A stretch of 64,000 bases of DNA from Octopus vulgaris (taxonomy: Eukaryota). Location: NCBI GenBank assembly GCA_951406725.2, contig OX597822.1:7626001-7690000 (forward strand). The letters run 5' to 3'. Shown here in pieces: positions 39,503-52,003 of the stretch (position 1 is its first letter; every line of letters starts with the position of its first letter). The notes under the pieces are model-generated. The model saw only the letters and a program-made list of their open reading frames with translations, ran no database searches and was not told the DNA's origin. The translations under genes and the position numbers were made by a program.

Positions 39503-40401
39503 ATATATATCAGTAACGATGATTCATTACGGCCGTTTCGAACAACTCCTTTTATTGATCAATGACTATTACATAGAAAACCGTCCACATCAAATGGCCC
39601 CATACACCTTAAGCATAAAGTTCAATATTGAAACATATTCACATCATCAACAGAGAGCAAATATTTACAATGATTCCGCTGCTAAAGTTTTGGGAAGAAT
39701 GAAGAAAGGACAGTGACAGACAACCCATAGATTTGCATAGGTTAGAGCGAGGATGGATTAGAGTAGTGACCCCGTTATTGTCATATCGAACTCAATAGGG
39801 AAAATGTTGTTTTCAAATATCTAAACTTAGATCTTTATAAGTTGTAAATAAATTAATATCATGACAGGCCGTTTTACTATCTAAGAAAATAGAATTCTAT
39901 ATTCGGCTATATCAACACCAAACGGGTAGGTCATGGGGTGGTAAACGGGAACTTCTGATAGAAGAGTGTTGATAATAGAAAGAGAAGAGTGGGTAGGGAT
40001 TGCTGATAAGGTATTTTCTGCTTGTCATCTTAAAGGGAAAGCAAAAATGAACTGCTGTAAGGAATAGCACTTAAGGGACTATAGTTGGTATATAAATTGA
40101 AGGTATAAGTTTTTACATTAGTTTACATACTGTTAAGCAAAATGTAAGTATATAGATATATAGAGGCTAGAACGAAAGTTCATGTATAACTAGATAAGGG
40201 GGAAACGTATAATTTAATATATGATATATCTTTGAAGCTTATAACGAAAATAGCATAAAAGAAATCAGAAATTATAAATTGCCACCAAATTGTAATGTTA
40301 TACAAACTTTAAAGACATAAGGAAATAAAAAAATGTCAATAAAATTAAACTAAATACAAAAATAAAATATAGTATGAGAAAATATTTAAAAAATATAAAG
40401 G

Positions 40402-40464
<63 letters not shown>

Positions 40465-40811
40465 CATAGGCATAAAATATGAACCATATAATATCTAATA
40501 TATATATACAAAATACAATGTGTAGAAGTTGAATATATAATCTAATATAATAAATACGAAACTTAATTTCTGTGTGTCAGTGTGTCACAGAGTAAACCCC
40601 TCTCTCACTATTCAATGACACTTCTACTATTCCTCGTTCTGGGGTGCGTAGGCATAAAGACGGTGAGGGCGATGGCGAACACAAAGATAGAGACAGGCAG
40701 ACAGACACGGAGAAAGAAAGAAAAGTCACTGAGAGAAAGAGGGACAAAGGAATTTAGGGATAGTTGATGTTTTATTAAAGTTGTAGTGTTCATGGTGGGA
40801 GTGGGAGTAAT

Positions 40812-40852
<41 letters not shown>

Positions 40853-41710
40853 GTGGAGGTGAGAAAAAGAGGGAGTGAACATTGAAGCAGCATGCTGAAC
40901 TAACATAACGAACACTGATGGTAATGGAGTGATAGTAATAGTATGAGCTGTAGTTGTGATAGAGGTGGAGGCGTAGATAATAATGGTGGTGGTGGTAGCC
41001 GAACCGGTCAGGTATAACAGAGGGAGTAAGCCATGTGAATGACGGATGGGGATGGTGGTGGAGTGGAAGGTGGTGAAGTCAAAGTTATTGATGGTAGTGG
41101 CGTCAGAAATCTGAATGGTGTATATGGCAGATTTGGTGGCGGGAGTAGTGGTACTGTACTTTGTCACGCAGCTTCGCATTAAGTTCCAAGACTTCAAACT
41201 GTATCACTGTTTTGATGAAAACTGTTCATTGTTTGAAAACAATTGTTTAAGTTTCATGCAACTTAATATGTACTCAATGCATAGGGTGGCATTTAAGCGA
41301 GTACTGTTATAATTTTAGTTTCAAAGTACTCAATACGGTGTATAATAAATAAATTCAAAATCTCAAAGTATTAATAAAACATATAAAAATTACGAAAAAA
41401 TATATAAAATCTTAAGATTTAAGATTTATAAAGTTTACGAGGAAATATAAGTAAATATCTGATAGAAGAATTATACTAAAAGCTATAATAAAATATTATA
41501 AAATGAGGTATACTAAAAACGTTATTACTTAAAAAATATTCTTTAAAGTATGCCAATAAAAGATGATATACTAAGATAGGTAAAAAGGAAATAAGGTAAT
41601 ATAAAATGAAAATGAAGAAAATATAATAAGCCATAATGAGACATCTAGAAATTTGAACAGTACAACGTGTGATGGTAGTATCAATGCGAATAATAGGATT
41701 AGAAATTCTG

Positions 41711-41737
41711 ATAATAATAATAATAATGATAATGATG

Positions 41738-41820
<83 letters not shown>
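41711..41820. repeat. (AAT)n microsatellite
   Basis: Read directly from the sequence. Confidence 0.95.
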
Positions 41821-41821
<1 letters not shown>

Positions 41822-42374
41822 GCCCTGATGCAGTACCAGGCAGTGGCTCTCATGGCTGCTGATCTTAACTGATTGGAAGTGTTATCATGTACATTGTTTT
41901 GTCTTGGTATAAAAGATGGGCTACAGCAAATATTCTGCTCAATACCACAGATTTGCTTGTCAGTTGTTTGACCTTAACCAGTTGAGCATGTCCCTTAGTG
42001 GCTGACGATATGTGCATCTCTGATCACGAGCAGAAGTAGTGGGGGAGCATCATAGCCATGTGTTGAGAAGGATTCTTTGGGGTTTGAATAATTCACCTCT
42101 GGAAACATGGGTGTTTCGTTCAACGTCCTTAAACAACCCTTATTCAGGGACCTTTGAGCGGGATGGGTTACTCGATCTGAAGAAAATTCTAACTGGGCTC
42201 CACCTGCAAGGTCATGTGCTGTTTATCTTGATATGAGATTACCATGTCGCGCACATATGGTTGTGATGCATGTGCCTGGTGTACCCTTATCAGACGGGTA
42301 GTCATGATGGGTATACTGGGCTTCGTATATTTTACCCCAGTGTCACTTTCATTGCATGCTCTGCTCGGTCACTC
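41821..42374 (+). mobile_element. ~555 bp non-coding element embedded in (AAT)n
   Basis: Sharp GC-richer block bounded on both sides by AAT repeats; resembles an abundant octopus repeat as I recall it; no coding motif. Confidence 0.6.
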
Positions 42375-42457
<83 letters not shown>

Positions 42458-42479
42458 TAATTATACTGATGATGATGAT

Positions 42480-45400
42480 GAGCTCCGCGCTGGAAAACAA
42501 CATGGATGTCCTACACCGGGCTATCCGTTCAAAAATATGATCTAATCTAACAGCATCTTTGGAATAGGATAAAGGAACTTGTGGAAGGAATCGGACATTT
42601 AACGAAAGTAATCATTAGAAGGTAATTTTACTGCCATACAAAGCATAGTTTTTCCCAAGCACTATGTTTCAGTGAAACAGGCGCGAGGGGCACATGCGAA
42701 ATCAACAACGGGAAGTTTACAAATTATAAAATATAAGTGGAACAAAACAGTAAGTGCATAAATTGATTAGTTGTGCATACACTGCAATGTCGACAAACTC
42801 ATATATACATTTCAATACCGTTTGCACTACACATACATCTCAATGTTTACACAACTACCTGAAATTTACAGGCCACATATACACACATATGAAAGCACAT
42901 TTCACAAACAAAGCCAAAAAAACAAATAAACGAAACATTTTTTTCGAGCTAACCGCGAGTGAACAATTCATAATTTTAATTACACCACAAAAACTATGCC
43001 CGGAGATAAACCTACTAAAAAAAAAATACAGATGTGGTCACCTTAAGAAGTCACGTCACGAGCAATGCTTTTATTCTGAGAACTCGGAGGGTTTATGTCT
43101 CAGAAAATTAACACTAAACAAATAGATTCATCTTCTAATGTCAACGTCCAAGCGCCAGATACCTGAGTGGGGAACCAGATAGCGTACGAAAAACCAGCTA
43201 CTCTTTCAAATCTTCGCGCAACAAAGGAGCTGAAGTGCCCCGCAACCGGTATATCCCAACAGATGAGCATCCACACTCGTCATCAAATAACCAAAAGAAA
43301 TAGAAAGAAAAATATTCTAGAGGAGATAATAAAGAACTTCTTAAGGCCTTCTATTATGCCATGTATTTCCCCACACATAAATCTAATACTGAACAAACCT
43401 ACCTAAACTGGAGACAGAAGCAGCTAGAAGTAAGACTCAACATAGACAGTAACAAATTTGCCAACGTCAGAAGAAACGTTATGAAAAAGAAATTATTATC
43501 TGAATTAGAGATTGACCAAATTAAACGATCAGTAACGGACAAAAGGAACGAAGTTACAACTAAAGACTAAACTACGCAGGTAATAATTATTTATCAGCCG
43601 AGGTCTGATAAAAATACAGTAATGATAGAATGAGGTAATATAACTGATAAGCAAAGAGAAATATTCTCTAAACCAACCATAAACACCAAGGGAAATGAAA
43701 ATCAAATACATGAAGCAAGTTACACAGATATTGCCCCAAATGTACTACATGATCTAAAAAATCAAGTCATGATTGAATGGTTGAAAATTAAGAAACCAGT
43801 AAGAATGAACGTGACACTCTTCTAAAAATTCGTAGCTCTGAACAAAACCTGAAAGTAACTGGTAAAATCCGCCTTCCACTTAAGGATATAATTTCAGTTA
43901 ATGATGTTGAATTTACAGATCTCACCCACCTGTACTATGCATGCGTGAAAATCTCAACGACTCTATGTGGTGAAAAAGAGGAGAAAACGACTACATTCCT
44001 GGCAAGAGCGAATTCAACAGAAAATTCCGCTACTTAGGCCTGACATAGATGTTTGAAAATATAATATGAAAACCATAATTGACAATGATTTCACCATAGA
44101 AACTATGAAGCAAAATGTATGAGCTAAAGCTACCCGCATAGTAAGATATGAAAGCTTGTTAGATTCTTCAGGGAAAACAACACGTTCAAATATAACGCCA
44201 AAGATTTTTACAAGAAGACGAGGAAAATAACAGTTACAGTAAAGTCTGTCCAAAGAAAATAAATTTTGGAATATAATTTGGGCAGAAGAAAAGTCACGCA
44301 ATAATAAGGCTCCTTAGATTGATAGAATATCTACTGAATTAGATTCCTTAGAAGAGCAAAAGTGGAAGAGCATCAAGGTAGAGAATGTAAAGTATGCTTT
44401 CAGGAAATCAAGCAAAGGGAAATTTACAGGAAAGGAAAAAAAATCCTTACTTCTGTTTGAACGCCTTCCCAGAGAGAGTCATGAACTGCTAATGAAACTT
44501 TACAGCGTATTGCAACAATGTACTATGATTCCCTCTACTTAATGGTTTAAGATTCCTAATTCCAAAAAATGAAGAAAGAAATTAGCCAAACCATTATAGA
44601 TCCATGACCTGATTAACAACACTATAAAATTCTAGCATCTGTCTTGACTGAATGTACCTTTTAATAAAAAGTGGCATATAAAATAGGCGCAGGAGTGGCT
44701 GTGTGGTAAATAGCTTGTTTACCAACCACATGGTTCCGGGTTCAGTCCCATTGCGTGGCATCTTGGGCTAGTGTCTTCTACTATAGCCTCGGGCCGACCA
44801 AAGTCTTGTGAGTGGATTTGGAAGACGAAAACTGAAAGAAGCCCGTCGTATATGTGTATATATATGTGTTTGTGTGTCTGTTTGTCCCCCTAGCATTGCT
44901 TGACAACCGATGCTGGTGTGTTTATGTCCCCGTTACTTAGCGGTTCGGCAAAAGAGACCGATAGAATAAGTACTGGGCTTACAAAAAGAATAAGTCCCGG
45001 GGTCGATTTGCTCGATTAAAGGCGGTGCTCCAGTATGGCCGCAGTCAAATGACTGAAACAAGTAAAAGAGTAAAAGAGTATACCTAATTAGCAAAACGGA
45101 TGTAGACGTGGGTCCTATGGTTGTAAAAATCAGTTACTCATTAGTAAAATGATCATGGAATATTGTCACAAGCGACACAAAAATTCTCAATGCCCTAGGA
45201 AGACTATGAAAAAGCTTTTGATAGTCTACCACATAGCTGGATTAAGAAATGTCTGGAAACGTATAAAATAGCACCTACTCTGAGAAAATTCTTGTCTGTA
45301 AGTATAAGATGGAGGACCACACCAACTTTGAACACTGACAATGAATCTCTCAATGCTGGATATTTAAGTATTTGAAGTGTCACTTCCCAAGATGACTCTA

Positions 45401-45480
45401 TTACCACTCCTCTTTTCTCTAACCTTAATACTACTCTCGAAATTGCTCTATGATGGATACAGCTATAAAATGTCTGTTCG
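42480..45480 (+). pseudogene. Decayed R4/Dong-like non-LTR retrotransposon (5' part through RT), 3'-truncated, interrupted by a SINE
   Basis: Starts at the edge of an (AAT)n/(GAT)n tract; TYLNWRQK..IDSNKFANVRR N-terminal motif, KFWNIIWAEE, QNGCRRGSYGCKNQLLI, DYEKAFDSLPHSWIKKCL. Confidence 0.8.
44686..45080 (+). mobile_element. Full-length tRNA-derived SINE family A
   Basis: Pol III A box TGGCTGTGTGG, B box GGGTTCAGTCCC, internal TA/TG tract, TAAAAGAG tail; inserted in the RT region of the R4-like element. Confidence 0.9.
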
Positions 45481-45989
45481 ATTTTTCTTTCCAGCGTTGA
45501 ACGTTCACCATCCCATTTCCATTTCGCGCGCGCACGCACACACACTCGCATACACACGCACACACAAGCATTCATATCTCCCTTTTACATACACACACAT
45601 ATACTCACACAGATTTGAAATGCTGATTTTTTTTCATCCCGTCTTTCGTTATTCATCTATCACCCCTTCCATTCTCATTCATATGCTGTGACGGAGTAAG
45701 ACGTGCTCTTTGCCACATCCTTTCTCTCATTGATATTACATTCTCCCAATTTCTCCCTCTCACCCTCTGTCTCGGTCGGCACTATTACTTTCACTACTTC
45801 TCCTTCACTGAATTACTATTTTCTCTCCTCTCCCTTGACTTATACTACACGTTCTCCTACTTCGTGATTTTGAACACACTTATAAAAACATTACACTCAT
45901 TATTATACTAGGAGATGTAATAGCCAAACGCTGTGTGCGTGTGTTATTGGTGGTTATAAAAAGATCTGTCTATATATGCCCATATATAT

Positions 45990-47860
45990 AATTCCATACA
46001 AAGCTTCAACAGGTTTTAATTTACAATTTAAATATTTAAATGACATTTGCATATCTTCTTTAACCATGCTCGAATATACAACTTATTAAATCACTAGCAT
46101 TAGGGCTGAAAGCAAAAGAATGTATTATTTATGTAATCTAACGTGGCAATCATATACTGTCCAGTCACTTATAAGATGGTTTTGCACCTTTATGCACAGG
46201 CTTAAGCAGGTATATTTGGGAGCTCAAATATAGTAACACTAGTTTCATATTAAAATGGAAGATCCTCGCCACTGCACCTTCGTATATGGAAAAAATAGGA
46301 AATGTTACCTTTACATTAATGATATTTTTTTCATTCTAACATCACGTAATCCATTAGTGAACTTTAAATATGAACGTAATGCAGCTTGCCTGTACAAAGG
46401 AAGGTATAATTTCGATTAATATAAATAACACTAAGAACACTATATATGCCCACAATTGTACAAATAAACCTACATCATACAAATAGTAGTACCTAATTGT
46501 AAACTGTAGGCTGCACTTCCCACTCCTTAATTATAGTCTGGCTTGTTAGGAATTACCGAGGTTCTCGTAGGTATTTAAATATACAATCCCATCTCTTACC
46601 CTATTCCTGAGTTTAAGTGTTACCCCCCACCTATATCTACTACCTACTTCCTATACTAATTTGCCTTTCCCCCATATTATTTCTATCATAGGTTTTACGG
46701 GAACACATCGGTCTCAGGCTTTCTTCCATACAGGCTGTTACCCCTAATAACTACTTCAAATCCTATATTTTATTTAAATTTCAACTTTAGCTTTTCCTAT
46801 CTTGTTCGCTTTCCTTATCCTCTAGCACCTTTTATGCCATGAATATATTTGTCGGCGTTTGCTGGAATTTGGACTTATTTCGCTAATAACTTATTGTTCT
46901 TTCCTCCAATCACTGTCTTTCCCCCACTTTAAATGGACATTCATAGCCCTACATATTTGGGAATACTATTACCCCATGTTCGATTTAATCGTCTTATTTC
47001 ATTTCAGCTTTTTTTATTATTTGTGATTTTTCCTTTATTTTATTGTACTCTTTGTCCACCCTCTCCCACCATACATTGCATGTGTTTGCTTGTTTTTGAT
47101 ACAACGTTTGTTGGGCTTACCAGGAGATATTTGCAAAAATTGGATGTGCTATGTAGAACTGTAATTGTAGCCCGTTGACTGTAATTGTATGTCTACACCC
47201 TCTTAGAGTTAATATGTTATTAGATTATAATTTTAAATCATTAGATTTATTGATAGGATTAATCTAATTTTGGCGTAATGTAATATAAGCACAACCTATT
47301 GATTAAGCAGCATTTTTTGCACTTTCTTTGAATTAATAAACCATCAGCTTATAATTTGTTAATTATTAGATTTAATTCGTATTTCATTCTAATATTAGGG
47401 TATTTAGTGTTGCTTTCTAAGTATGTTTAGTAAATTGTTTGAATTAAGGAAATTTTAACGCTCAATACTAATTTGCCAATAGACCCGGTATTAATAGTAC
47501 CCATCTAGTGGCAATATATTATTTTAAATTGTTTATGTAATGATATGAATTATATAACTTGAACGATGATGTAATGCTTATTAAGCACATTTAGTATACT
47601 GTGGCAACTTGTGAGTTTTATTAATTATTTTAACATGTGATTTGGTCTTAACTGCTTAATTGTAAGTGGCTTTTTAGTTGTGCATTGTAGTTTACCTATG
47701 AAATGTCTTTTTTCTTGCGTACTGTATATATCTATTTATTACCACAATTCGCTATATATGACGTTAAGTCGAAACTCATTTCTTAGTAGGCTTAATGAAT
47801 CGCTGAATTACCTTACTAGTTGCCTCCCCTTAACTACCACCCGAGGCTGCTTAGTTTTAT
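45990..47860 (+). mobile_element. Penelope-like remnant: GIY-YIG C-terminus (about 46190-46420) plus putative 3' UTR
   Basis: TGLSRYIWELKYSNTSFILKWKILATAPSY...RKCYL...LVNFKYERNAACLYKGRY fits the Penelope endonuclease C-terminal pattern; boundaries approximate. Confidence 0.65.
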
Positions 47861-47956
47861 ATATATATGAAATTTCATATATATATATATGATTTTTGTT
47901 TCAGAATGAGATAAAAACAACCAAGGCTGTGAATATTTTAGAACATTTATAAATAG

Positions 47957-48004
47957 GTCTTACAGCTGTTTCCAGCATATTTATTATATCCCTTCATCAG
48001 AGAC
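47957..48004 (-). ncRNA. Minimal type I hammerhead motif in a Penelope pLTR-like fragment (about 47895-48460)
   Basis: Minus strand GTCT-CTGATGA-AGGGATAT AATAA ATATGCTG-GAA-ACAGCTGT-A-AGAC: canonical core, palindromic stem III, GUA site. Confidence 0.75.
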
Positions 48005-48516
48005 GGTGTGATAAAATGGTTAAGCAATAGATAATTTAGATAAGATACGAAATTGAGAGTGAAGTGGAGGAATGAAAATAGATGTGAGATATGCAGAGAT
48101 ATTGCATTTGTCGATCCATTATGTAGGCAGAATGGTATACATATAAGATTCCAAAACCTTGTGAGTAAAATCCAATGACATTTAAAATTGGTCAATCCAA
48201 GAATAGAGTTTGTACAGTGCTATTGAGTTAAGGGTTTTATTTAATGTGACCTAAAAGTAGGGAATGTATTTGTAAGGTCAAATCGAAAACAGGAAGAGAG
48301 GAATGAAGAAAATAAAAAATAAAACAAGAAAAAACAAGGAGAGAGATAATAATGGAAAGTGTACCAGTTAGTGGTCAGTCAAGATAATTTGAAAGTAGGA
48401 AGGGGGAAATGAGGGCAATAGAGAGAGAAAGGTATTAGAGTGTAAAACGATAGAAGGAATACGTATATATGCATATACATATGAACAAATACATATATAA
48501 ACATTAATGACTATAT

Positions 48517-48564
<48 letters not shown>

Positions 48565-48570
<6 letters not shown>

Positions 48571-48995
48571 AATCTCTGAACGAGATATAAACAGTAACCG
48601 CTCGAGGCTAGCCACATTCAGATGGCTGAGTACACCTTACGTTGTCGAGCGGTTACTGTTTATATCTCGTTCAGATATTTATTATTGCTTTCAGACAGTT
48701 TTTCTAAATCAGCGACAGTGGTTGCTGTGAAAAACGTTAAATATTATTTGCAAGGGTCTCCTTCATCGAAAACCGGTGTTTACCATGCGTTGACGAGAGG
48801 CAATTACCTTGAAACTATAGTCCGTATGTAGCACTTAGGGTTTCGAGGAAGGATGACCTCCTTTTGCAAATAACACAAGGGCACTGAGATTGTGTCTGAA
48901 GTCCATCTGGTGACGTTGATCGCCTGGGGATAAAAGCATCAGTAACACCCCACCCCCAGTGGCTAGCCCCATTCAGATGGCTAGTACACTTTACG

Positions 48996-48997
<2 letters not shown>
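48565..48997 (+). mobile_element. ~430 bp hammerhead-bearing non-autonomous element with inverted 5' copy and terminal direct repeat
   Basis: Inverted repeat 48565-48605/48645-48685; direct repeat 48606-48644/48961-48997; both ends in (TA)n. Confidence 0.8.
48784..48828 (+). ncRNA. Minimal type I hammerhead motif (C3U variant)
   Basis: CATGCG-TTGACGA-GAGG CAATTA CCTT-GAA-ACTATAGT-C-CGTATG; GUC site ending 48822. Confidence 0.75.
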
Positions 48998-49030
<33 letters not shown>

Positions 49031-51116
49031 TGTTTAGATAGAGAAACATAGAAAGATAGATAGATAGAGAGATAAATATATAGATCGATAGACAGGGCGA
49101 GAGAGATTCTCAAGAAATAAATAGAGAGAAAGACATATTGCGAATTAAACCACGACATAGGTCATAATGATAATCAATAAATTGCCTTGTCTGCCATGTA
49201 TAAAAGAAACATCTACACATGATGTCAGTAAAATGGAACAAAACATAAAAGGAAGTTGTCCATCAAAAATAGCGTTGAATGATAACAAATAAAAAAAAAA
49301 CAACCATCATTAATTCATATTCAGTCAAATGACTGCAATCAGTAGTGATTGTAGATATTGGAATAAAACAATAATTTCTGACTAGACACAAATAAGCATG
49401 ATACAATTAATCGTGAGAAATTAACTAGTCTGGCAATATTAACTTTGTACTAAAAATAACAGCGCATCAGCAATATGAAATAAATACAAAGAATTTAACT
49501 ATCTAATATATGATGCAGTCTAGGCTATAACAAACGGATATAATATTCATCTCCTACGACACAAACAGAAATAACAATAAAGAAAATCATAATAAACTGT
49601 CTGAAAAATACCCAATTACCCAATGCAAAGCAGACACATCAAAGATACAAAAGCAGTAAAGGAAATTATCAACGAGAATATTGTTAAGTCCCGTAAGCTA
49701 TTGAAATGAAACATACAGGAACCAGTGTAGACTGATTTCAATAAATCTACCTGTGCAAAAACAATCGGCATGTGACGTCATTTTCTCTCGCGATATATAT
49801 AACCTGAGCACTTAATATTCAAATACCAAAACACAAACAACCTGTTTCAATTTTGAATTCTTTTTTACCATATATATAACACAGCTATTAACCACTGATT
49901 GAAATCTAGACACTTTTCAATGAAAACCTAACACAAAACAATTTCCCTTAATACGACTTAAGAAGAAATTATTCAGCGAATACGTGGGATCTGAAATTAA
50001 GTTTGACACTATTAAGAGAGGGACGGAGTCAAAGATAATTAAGAGAATTAATAAAATGCAACAAAGGAACCAACAATTATAGAAATTATATGCGTTACCA
50101 TGACTTAGTAATTCTCTTAAGATTCCCTAAACACGTTTACCTCGTATTAATCTTTGTCCTCCCTTCTCTCCATTTCAAGTAGTCCATTTCTAATAATTTC
50201 CGCCATTCTCTTGTCATTAGCGTAACTTATATAAACCCACTTATCAGTTCGACTTCTTCAAACACACCGATACCTAGTCCTACGCTTATTTTGTCTTCTG
50301 AAACCTAAACACAAATTTACATCACTTCTTCTCTTAGATGCTCCGTCTCCACATTTTCTGTCACCGTATCCATTATATTGAGACTCGGAAACAACGTAAG
50401 GCACTCATATTTGCAGATTAACTTTTAAAAACCCAGCATTATTGCGTAACTGACTGCACTTCTGCCCTTACACTGTTCAAACCAAAGTATACAATTCTTC
50501 TAACTAATCATTCCACAAAACCCTATCTGAACTTCCTACCTCTCAATTCCCTTTCTCTCTCTCGTCTTTTTCTTCTTTAAACCTCGGAGGAAAACGGCAA
50601 GAGCTCGAACGTAGTTCCTCCTCTTCCACACTTCATCCTCGTCATCAATCCTTTCTCTTCTTTCGTAATATATACCGCCACGCTCTTTCCTTTCTGAAGC
50701 TATAGCATTGTTTTCAGTCAACTAAACAGAACTTACTAGCAATTATTTCCGTTCTAACTCCACCAAAACCCGTACACATATGAATCCATTTTTTGTAATT
50801 TGATGTGTATTTGGCAAAATGTCATCAAAATTGTGATACTTGGTGAACTTTACACAGAAGCGTAGAACATTACTTTCTGTTCTGTCCAAAGATTCAAGAC
50901 ATCCATGAATCACCAACTTTGGTAAATTAGGGACATTAAGATTTGTTACGTGTGGGAGACAGGAACAGCATGACGAAAACAGTGACCGGTTGTTGCTGAC
51001 GGATTAGGAGTTGAGGGTGACAACAATTCGTCTCTGCATCCGAGTATGTATGTATGTATACACACACACACAAAAATACATATATACATATATACACACA
51101 TACGCACCTACACAGA

Positions 51117-51176
<60 letters not shown>

Positions 51177-51182
51177 TCCTAT

Positions 51183-51217
51183 GTTTCCGACGAAGGGCTC
51201 CGCTCGAAACGTCAAAC
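51183..51217 (+). ncRNA. Ultra-minimal hammerhead motif in a ~145 bp pLTR-like fragment (about 51175-51320)
   Basis: GTTT-CCGACGA-A-GGGC TCC GCTC-GAA-ACGT-C-AAAC. Confidence 0.65.
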
Positions 51218-51662
51218 CCTCCTTCTACCCTACTTTCCTGAGCGTCCAATAATACTTTATTTGTTCCACGTCCTTGCGTTGTTGTTTTTTTGTTTTTGTT
51301 TTCTTGTTTGGATTAACTATATATATATATATATGTATATACATGTATGTATCCATATTGCATGTAAAGCAATCATCTAAAATGTTCTCATGGTTTCAAC
51401 GAAGGCTGATGAGAGCAAGAAAACAAGCAAAGAAATTTGTGGAATGAAGAAGATGAGTATTTGCGACACAGAAGATGCAATTGATTAGTGTTAATAGGGT
51501 AATTAAGAGGGACTATATAGCTGTCAAAAGCACCGAGACCAGCTTAGATGTGTGCGTAGGAGTGTATGTATGCGTGTGTCTAACAGAGAGAGAGAGAGGG
51601 AGAGGGAGGGAGAGAGAGAAAGAGAACAAGATAGATAGACAAAATAAGTATGTACGCGTGCC

Positions 51663-51716
<54 letters not shown>

Positions 51717-51969
51717 GAACAATCGTCTTCATAGGTCTGTGTGGAAATACTCAATATTTCCTAACACAGCAGCGTATTCATATTACCTATCTTTTCCTTC
51801 TCTTCTTCACACTCTCTCTTTCTCTCTGTTTATGATATACATACATACATAATACTTACATATATATATATACACATACACGCACATATATATATATTGG
51901 TGTATGTATATGTTTATCCACACGTCAGTGTATCTTTTGTGGCCGTATATATATATATGCATGTAATGC

Positions 51970-52003
<34 letters not shown>

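Noticed and set aside
44686-44760. tRNA-like sequence with A and B boxes
   Set aside because: It is the head of a SINE, not a tRNA gene (same at 56755).
47745-47795. GAC GTTAA GTC GAAACT...AGTA hammerhead-like 3' half at the end of the Penelope remnant
   Set aside because: The CUGANGA core is not recognisable (CTATATA).
49600-51030. Purine-biased minus-strand block resembling decayed coding sequence
   Set aside because: No diagnostic motif recovered; cannot classify.
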